Of a DNA stretch of 64,000 bases, positions 57,782-64,000 are shown one piece after another. Every line of letters starts with the position of its first letter. Positions within the stretch are counted from its first letter, which is position 1. The DNA comes from Candidatus Krumholzibacteriota bacterium (lineage in GTDB: Bacteria > Krumholzibacteriota > Krumholzibacteriia > LZORAL124-64-63), in assembly GCA_039714075.1 (NCBI GenBank), contig JBDLKA010000002.1:1-64000 (forward strand). Direction: 5' to 3'. The notes beneath the pieces were generated by a model that was not told the origin of the DNA, made no database searches, and worked only from the letters and a program-made list of their open reading frames with translations. The position numbers were made by a program, and so were the translations under genes.

Positions 57782-59967
57782 GTCCCGGCGGACAGAAGGT
57801 CGACATCGATCTGAAGGCCATGATGGAGGAGTTGTGGGCCAAGGTCCGCGTCTACAATCTCCAGGCGGACGAAGATAAGCTCTGGTTCGGTTACCGCTTC
57901 GCCAAAGCGGCCCACAAAGGCCAGAAGCGCAAGAGCGGCGAGCCCTTTTTCGCCCACGCCCTGACCGTGGCCACGATCCTGGCCGACCTGCGCCTGGACG
58001 TCGACACCCTGATCGCGGCCATGGTCCACGACGTGGTCGAAGACACCGACTACGAGATGGTGGACATCCGCCAGAGGTTCGGCAAGGACGTTGCCCACAT
58101 GGTCGACGGGGTGACGAAAATCAGCGGCATCCGGGCGGTGAACCAGGAAGCGCGCAAGGCGGAAACGTATCGCAAACTGGTTCTGGCCATTGCCCAGGAT
58201 CCCCGCACCGTTTTGATCAAGCTGGCCGACCGTCTGCACAACATGCGGACCCTGAGCTTCCTGAAAGAAGACCGCCAGCTGGACATCGCCCAGGAGACCA
58301 TGGATGTCTACGCTCCGCTGGCCAACCGGTTCGGGATCGCCAAGATCAAGTGGGAACTGGAGGACCTGGCCTTCAAGGTCCTGCAGCCCGAGCGCTACTT
58401 CGAAATCGAGTCCGGCATCAACCAGACCCGGGCCGAACGGGAACGGTTGATCCAGAAGATCGTCACACCCCTGCATGAGGCCCTGGACACCGCGGGGGTC
58501 AAACACGAAATCGCCGGCCGGCCCAAACATTTCTATTCCATCCACCGCAAGATGCAGGAGCAGGAAATCGGCCTGGACCGCGTGTACGATCTGCTCGCCC
58601 TGCGGATCATCGTGGAAACCAAGGCCGACTGCTACCACGCCCTGGGCGCCCTGCACAGTCTGTTCCCGCCCCTGGCCGACCGCATCAAGGACTACATCGC
58701 CACGCCCAAGGCCAACATGTACCAGAGCATCCATTCGACCGTGCGCGTGCCCGGGGGCAAGTACATCGAGGTTCAGTTGCGCACCTATAACATGCACGAC
58801 CGGGCCGAGCTGGGCATCGCCGCGCACTGGCGCTACAAGGAAGGCGGCGGGGCCGACAAGTCCGATCTGGCCGAAATGGTCAAGTGGCTGCGTCAGATCA
58901 TGGTGTGGGAAGAGGACGTGGCCGACGCCGAGGAGTTCATGGAAACGCTCAAGGTGGATTTTTTCCGCGACGAGGTTTTCGTGTTCAGTCCCGGCGGGGA
59001 CGTTTTCCAGATGCCTCGCGGCGCCACCCCCCTGGACTTCGCCTTCCGTATCCACAGTGAAGTGGGTTTCCGTTGCATCGGGGCCAAGGTCAACGGGCGG
59101 ATCGTCACCCTGCGCAGCGAACTCCAGAACGGCGATACGGTGGAAATCCTGACCAGCAAGACGCCCAACCCCAGCGCCAGCTGGCTGGAGGTGGTCAAGA
59201 CAAGTCGGGCCAAACACCATATCCGGCGCTGGATCAAGACCACCCAGTTCCAGGAAAGCGTCAAGCTGGGCCGGGAAATCCTGGAAAAGGAATTGAGGCG
59301 GGCCCACCTGAAGATAAAGGTCGATGAACTGGTCGACGTGTCGCAACAGATGGGTTACACCGAGCTGGACAAACTTCTTGCCGCCGTGGGTCGTGGCGAA
59401 ATCACCCACATGAAAGTGGTGGGGCGGGTCACGCCCCTGCCGGAATCAAAGGCCGAAAAGGTCCTGTCCAAAGGCAAGGAGATCTATGATTCCCTGCTGG
59501 GCCGTTCGACTTCGGGCGTGCGGGTGGCCGGGGTGGACAACCTGATGGTTTCCTTCGCCCGCTGCTGCCAGCCGATTCCCGGGGACTCGATCCTGGGCAT
59601 CATCACCCGTGGCAGGGGGGTTTCGGTCCACCGCGCGGGTTGTTCCAACCTCAACGACCCCAACCTGGGGCCCGAAAGGATGATCGAGGTCTCCTGGGAT
59701 ACCGGGCCCGACCAGACCTTCATGGTCAAGCTCATCATCCAGGCCCAGGATCGCAAAAACCTGTTGATGGACATCAGCAATACGCTCAGCCTGACCAATA
59801 CCAACATCGCCAGCGGGGATTTCAGTGCCGAGGATGATCTGGCCAAGGTCACCCTGGTGGTCGAGGTCCGTAATCTGAACAAGCTGGAAAAGATCCTCAA
59901 GGTCCTGGGCAAGGTGCGTGGTGTCCAGGGTATCGAACGGTTTCAGTTGGGCACCGGCCCCCACTGA
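57778..59967 (+). CDS. rel: Bifunctional (p)ppGpp synthetase/hydrolase (Rel/SpoT)
   Basis: HDVVEDT (intact HD), KLADRLHNMRTL, RIKDYIA.PK.N.YQS, TGS, ARCCQP, ACT domain. Confidence 0.95.
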   Translation: MSPGGQKVDIDLKAMMEELWAKVRVYNLQADEDKLWFGYRFAKAAHKGQKRKSGEPFFAHALTVATILADLRLDVDTLIAAMVHDVVEDTDYEMVDIRQRFGKDVAHMVDGVTKISGIRAVNQEARKAETYRKLVLAIAQDPRTVLIKLADRLHNMRTLSFLKEDRQLDIAQETMDVYAPLANRFGIAKIKWELEDLAFKVLQPERYFEIESGINQTRAERERLIQKIVTPLHEALDTAGVKHEIAGRPKHFYSIHRKMQEQEIGLDRVYDLLALRIIVETKADCYHALGALHSLFPPLADRIKDYIATPKANMYQSIHSTVRVPGGKYIEVQLRTYNMHDRAELGIAAHWRYKEGGGADKSDLAEMVKWLRQIMVWEEDVADAEEFMETLKVDFFRDEVFVFSPGGDVFQMPRGATPLDFAFRIHSEVGFRCIGAKVNGRIVTLRSELQNGDTVEILTSKTPNPSASWLEVVKTSRAKHHIRRWIKTTQFQESVKLGREILEKELRRAHLKIKVDELVDVSQQMGYTELDKLLAAVGRGEITHMKVVGRVTPLPESKAEKVLSKGKEIYDSLLGRSTSGVRVAGVDNLMVSFARCCQPIPGDSILGIITRGRGVSVHRAGCSNLNDPNLGPERMIEVSWDTGPDQTFMVKLIIQAQDRKNLLMDISNTLSLTNTNIASGDFSAEDDLAKVTLVVEVRNLNKLEKILKVLGKVRGVQGIERFQLGTGPH

Positions 59968-59982
59968 CGGACAGGAGATCCG

Positions 59983-60450
59983 ATGCGTTGTGTCGTCCAG
60001 AGGAGCGGGCCCGCCCTGGTCCGGATCGAAGGTGAAACCGTCGGCCGGATAGATTCCGGACTGGTCGTCCTGGCCGCTTTCGGGCCCGACGACACGACCG
60101 CGGAGTTGTCCTGGATGGCCCGCAAACTTCCACGCCTGCGCATTTTCAACGACACCGACGGCAAGATGAACCTGTCGCTGCGGGACGTGGGCGGCGGGAT
60201 CCTGCTGGTCTCGCAGTTCACGCTGTACGGAAATTGCCGCAAAGGAATGAGGCCGAGTTTCACGGGTTCGGCTCCGCCGGAAAGAGCCCGCAAGCTCTAC
60301 GAGGAATTCGGCCACCTGCTGCGGGGAGAGTGGCCTACGGTGGCCGAAGGCAACTTCGGGGCGATGATGGAAGTTGAACTCGTCAACGACGGGCCCGTGA
60401 CCCTGGTTGTCGACCGGGAAATTTCCGGCGAAGCGGGGTCCGATGACTGA
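59983..60450 (+). CDS. dtd: D-aminoacyl-tRNA deacylase
   Basis: MR.VVQR, LRIF, SQFTL, RPSF, NDGPVT. Confidence 0.96.
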   Translation: MRCVVQRSGPALVRIEGETVGRIDSGLVVLAAFGPDDTTAELSWMARKLPRLRIFNDTDGKMNLSLRDVGGGILLVSQFTLYGNCRKGMRPSFTGSAPPERARKLYEEFGHLLRGEWPTVAEGNFGAMMEVELVNDGPVTLVVDREISGEAGSDD

Positions 60451-61075
60451 ACCGCGGCACCTGACGCCCTTCGTGAACTGGCCCCATGACCTGGTGCTGG
60501 TCCTGGCCTCGCGCTCACCGCGGCGCGCGGAACTGCTGACCATCGCCGGCATCCCTCACGAAATCGTTCCCCCCGGTCCGGTCGAGGAGGAACTGGCCGC
60601 ATCGCTGACCCATCTTCACCATGATCCGGCCGCCTACGCCGTGGACCTGGCGGTGGCCAAGGCCCGGGACGTGGCCCGGAGCTTGCCCGGCCGCCTGGTA
60701 CTGGGCTCCGATACCGTGGTGGTCCTTGACGGCGACGTTCTGGAGAAACCCGCCGATCACCGGGAGGCCGTGCACCTGGTGAGCCGTCTGGCGGGCCGGA
60801 AACACGTGGTCATCTCGGCGGTGGCCCTGGTCGGAGGTCCGGCGGGCGAAGGTCCCGTAGTCGCCCATGAAGAGACCGAAGTCGAATTCCTGTCCCTGGC
60901 CCCCGAAGCCATCGAGCGGTACGTGGCCACGGGGGAACCCATGGACAAGGCCGGCGCCTACGGCATCCAGGGTTATGGGGCCATGATGGTGCGCGGCGTC
61001 CGGGGATGCTATTTCAACGTCATGGGCCTGCCCCTGGCCAGGCTGGGAGAACTGTTGAACGGAGTTTTGGCATGA
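60443..61075 (+). CDS. maf: Maf family nucleotide pyrophosphatase
   Basis: LASRSPRR.ELL, SDTVV, LEKP, DKAGAYGIQ, NVMGLP. Confidence 0.93.
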   Translation: MTEPRHLTPFVNWPHDLVLVLASRSPRRAELLTIAGIPHEIVPPGPVEEELAASLTHLHHDPAAYAVDLAVAKARDVARSLPGRLVLGSDTVVVLDGDVLEKPADHREAVHLVSRLAGRKHVVISAVALVGGPAGEGPVVAHEETEVEFLSLAPEAIERYVATGEPMDKAGAYGIQGYGAMMVRGVRGCYFNVMGLPLARLGELLNGVLA

Positions 61076-62139
61076 GTTCACTGCCTTTTCCCTTTCCCGT
61101 CGTGGCCTGGGAGGATGACCGGGTCGTCCTGATCGACCAGACCGTTTTGCCGGACCGGCTCGCCTGGCGCCGGTGTGGGGACATACCCTCGCTTTGCCGG
61201 GCCATCGTCGAACTGGCGGTCAGGGGTGCGCCCGCCATCGGGGTGGCGGCCGCCTACGGGCTGGCCCTGTCCTGGCGCCTGGCTCAGGCCAAGGGTGGCG
61301 GCCCCGACGACATGCTGCCGAGGCTGGAACACGACCGCGGGCTTCTGGCGGCCACCCGGCCGACGGCGGTGAATCTTTTCTGGGCCCTGGAACGGGTGGG
61401 AACCCTGGCCCGCCGTCTTGTCGCCGAGGGCAACGACGCGGAACAGATCGGAACCGCCTTGTTGGCTGAGGCCCGCCGGGTCCACGACGAGGATATCGCC
61501 ATGTGCCGGGCCCTCGGGCAAGCCGGGGGTGAACTGCTGCAAGACGGCGCCACCGTGCTGACCCACTGTAATGCCGGCGGCCTGGCCACCGGGGGATACG
61601 GGACGGCCGTGGGCGTCGTCTACGGAGCCACCGAGGCGGGCAAGACCATTCGCGTCTTCGCCGACGAAACCCGTCCCCTGCTGCAGGGCGCGCGGCTGAC
61701 CGCTTGGGAATTGGCCGACCAGGGAATAGACGTGACGGTGATCTGCGATTCGGCGGCCGCGACGGTCCTCAGGCAGGGCCGGATCGACGCCGTCATCACC
61801 GGCGCCGACCGCATCGCCGCCAACGGGGACGCCGCCAACAAGATCGGGACCTACCCGTTGGCTGTCCTGGCGCACCGCCATGAAGTTCCGTTCTACATCG
61901 CGGCCCCCGCTTCGACCTTCGATCCCGATACTCCCGACGGCGACGGCATCATCATCGAGGAACGGGATCCCGACGAAGTCCACGCTTTCGGCACGGTGCG
62001 GGCGACACCGCAGGAGGTGGCGGCCTGGAATCCTGCCTTCGATGTCACCCCGGCCGATCTCATTACCGCTTTCATCACCGAACACGGTGTTCTGCGCCCG
62101 CCGTTCCACCGCAGCCTGGAGCCGGTTTTGAAGAGGTGA
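61072..62139 (+). CDS. mtnA: S-methyl-5-thioribose-1-phosphate isomerase
   Basis: DQTVLP, VRGAPAIG, TRPTAVNL, THCNAG.LA, ETRPLLQGARLT, NKIGTY, NPAFDVTP. Confidence 0.95.
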   Translation: MSSLPFPFPVVAWEDDRVVLIDQTVLPDRLAWRRCGDIPSLCRAIVELAVRGAPAIGVAAAYGLALSWRLAQAKGGGPDDMLPRLEHDRGLLAATRPTAVNLFWALERVGTLARRLVAEGNDAEQIGTALLAEARRVHDEDIAMCRALGQAGGELLQDGATVLTHCNAGGLATGGYGTAVGVVYGATEAGKTIRVFADETRPLLQGARLTAWELADQGIDVTVICDSAAATVLRQGRIDAVITGADRIAANGDAANKIGTYPLAVLAHRHEVPFYIAAPASTFDPDTPDGDGIIIEERDPDEVHAFGTVRATPQEVAAWNPAFDVTPADLITAFITEHGVLRPPFHRSLEPVLKR

Positions 62140-62200
62140 TCCCGGTGGGCTGATGGCCCGCGGAACCGTGATTCAAGGGTTTTTGACAGGGCCGGGTTCC

Positions 62201-62229
62201 TTGACAAAGCCCTTTCCGTTTGCTAGCTT
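62201..62229 (+). promoter_or_regulatory. Sigma-70 promoter of rplM-rpsI
   Basis: TTGACA-N17-TAGCTT with extended -10 TG. Confidence 0.7.
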
Positions 62230-62454
62230 ACCCGTCCTGCAACGGCCGGATTTTCCCGATTTATCCGACCTGACCAATCCTGAATAATTGGTCTGAAATG
62301 TGCCGAGGATTTGTGGAGAATCGGCGTATCTTGTTGTAGAAAAGCAGATTACGCGACCATTGAATTCCGCCCGCGCGGCAGCGCTGCGGTTTGTTCTGTG
62401 GTCCTGATTCCCACGGGCCAGCCCCGTGAGACCGGTATTTCGAGGAGAAAATCC

Positions 62455-62883
62455 GTGAAGACCTACAGCATGAAACTGGCTGAAATCGAGAAGGACTGGC
62501 TGGTCGTCGATGCCGACGACATCCCCCTGGGCCGTCTGGCCACGCATGTCGCCACCTTCTTGAGGGGCAAGCACAAGCCCACGTTTACGGCCAACCTGGA
62601 CATGGGCGACAACGTTATCGTCCTGAACGCCGCCAAGGTGAAGATCACGGGCCAGAAGCGCGAGCAGAAGGTCTATCTGAGCCACAGCGGTTACATGGGT
62701 GGGCAAAAGGTGACCACCATGGCCTCGCTGATGGAAAAGCGTCCGGAAGAAGTCATCATGCGCGCCGTCAAGGGCATGCTGCCCAAGACGCGCCTGGGGC
62801 GCAAGCAGCTGACCAACCTGAGGGTGTACGCGGGCGGGGAGCATCCCCACGGTCCGCAGCAGCCGAAAATCGTCGAACTGTAG
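62455..62883 (+). CDS. rplM: 50S ribosomal protein L13
   Basis: GTG start with GAGGAG; W.VVDA, LGRLA, LRGKHKP.FT, AVKGMLP, HPH..QQP. Confidence 0.97.
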   Translation: MKTYSMKLAEIEKDWLVVDADDIPLGRLATHVATFLRGKHKPTFTANLDMGDNVIVLNAAKVKITGQKREQKVYLSHSGYMGGQKVTTMASLMEKRPEEVIMRAVKGMLPKTRLGRKQLTNLRVYAGGEHPHGPQQPKIVEL

Positions 62884-62993
62884 GGACACTGTTCCGTACG
62901 GGATTCCGTACGGAACAGGTACCGAACAGGTACGGAATGTCCCGCTAGACCAAAGCTGCGGCCCAGGGCCGCGCTTGCCTGGAGGATGAAGAG

Positions 62994-63380
62994 TTGGAAG
63001 AAAGATATTACGCCACTGGTCGCCGCAAGACCGCCGTCGCCCGCGTCTGGGTTACCCAGGGTTCGGGCCAGATCAAGGTCAATAACCGGACCGTGGAGGA
63101 ATATTTCGGTGAGGCTGTTCGCCAGCAGGCCCTGCGCCCGCTGACCAGCCTGGGTGTCGAGGCCGATTTCGACATCTGGTGCACCGTCAATGGCGGCGGG
63201 ATTTCCGGACAGGCCGGCGCGTTGCGTCACGGTCTGGCCCGTGCTCTCGTAGTCGCCAACGAGGATTACCGCAAACCCCTGCGCAAACACGGATTCCTGA
63301 CCCGCGATTCCCGTATGGTGGAACGCAAGAAGTACGGTCAGCCGGGTGCCAGGAAGCGGTTCCAGTTCTCCAAGCGCTAG
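62994..63380 (+). CDS. rpsI: 30S ribosomal protein S9
   Basis: TGRRKTAVARV, GGG.SGQAGA, LTRDSR.VERKK, FQFSKR. Confidence 0.98.
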   Translation: MEERYYATGRRKTAVARVWVTQGSGQIKVNNRTVEEYFGEAVRQQALRPLTSLGVEADFDIWCTVNGGGISGQAGALRHGLARALVVANEDYRKPLRKHGFLTRDSRMVERKKYGQPGARKRFQFSKR

Positions 63381-63568
63381 GCCGGTTTCAACCGCCACCG
63401 CGCTTGGCGACCAAGACTCCCGCGCGCCCTGACCGGGCCGCGGGAAGTCAAATCACACACCCGGCCGGAGGAGTGGATCAGGTGGCACCTGGCATAATCT
63501 GCTCTTTGGTGTTTTTCCATCTCCCGTGATGGCCGGGGAGGATCAACCTTTGTTAACTGGAGGAAGTC

Positions 63569-64000
63569 ATGGCTAACGTCGGTCTGAAGGACCTACTGGA
63601 AGCGGGAGTCCATTTCGGGCACCAGACCCGCAAGTGGAACCCCAAGATGAAGCCCTACATATTCATCGCCCGGGGCGGCATCTACATCATCGATCTGCAG
63701 AGGACGCTGCGGGCCCTGAACAAGGCCTGTGATTTCCTCAAGACGGTCGGCGCCAAGGGCGGCACCGTGCTGTTCGTCGGCACCAAGAAGCAGGCCAAGG
63801 TCGCCATCCGCGAGATGGCCGAAAAAGCCGGCATGCCCTACGTGACCGAACGCTGGCTGGGCGGCATGCTGACCAACCACCAGACCATCTACAAGAGCGT
63901 CCAGAAGCTGGACGAAATCGAAGCCATGATGAACGACGGCCGCATGGAGAACTTCTCCAAGAAGGAGCAGCTGGAGTTCAGCCGGAAGTTCGAAAAACTC
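63569..64000 (+). CDS. rpsB: 30S ribosomal protein S2 (5' part, truncated by window end)
   Basis: [52 protein letters not shown]. Confidence 0.97.
   Translation, partial: MANVGLKDLLEAGVHFGHQTRKWNPKMKPYIFIARGGIYIIDLQRTLRALNKACDFLKTVGAKGGTVLFVGTKKQAKVAIREMAEKAGMPYVTERWLGGMLTNHQTIYKSVQKLDEIEAMMNDGRMENFSKKEQLEFSRKFEKL

Overview
This 64-kb window is GC-rich chromosome from a diderm bacterium. The T9SS/FlgD-type C-terminal domains, a PorU-like C25 peptidase, dockerin motifs and waaA suggest an FCB-group candidate lineage such as Krumholzibacteriota/Latescibacterota; this is inference. Most of it is housekeeping: nagZ, queE/queC, waaA and a GT9, two CNNM/CBS proteins, mazG, uvrA, glmM-glmS, ridA, lepA-lepB-hemW-hrcA-grpE-dnaJ-rsmE, yqeY-cvpA-mutS2-dnaG-rpoD, RNase HI, rnpB, recJ-rel-dtd-maf-mtnA and rplM-rpsI-rpsB. 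There are seven tRNAs, including tRNA-Sec. Two regions stand out. (1) Positions 287-8574 hold three secreted ~200-aa cohesin-like proteins that all end in a short '(E/A)SFGSVKxL(F/Y)R-stop' tail, one dockerin-bearing secreted protein with strong expression signals, and an adjacent PorU/gingipain-like C25 peptidase. Together these are a candidate cohesin-dockerin surface assembly with its own short sorting signal. (2) Positions 33056-35991 hold a 2,659-bp insertion of an RCC1-repeat/CTD gene flanked by two synonymously diverged copies of the glmS 3' end, with a fragment of the downstream DAG-kinase gene at the junction. This fits integration of a locus circle from a related strain by single crossover, with no integrase involved. 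Two MITE/REPIN-like inverted-repeat elements and a sigma-54-type promoter were also seen. All calls come from reading motifs by eye; no searches were run.
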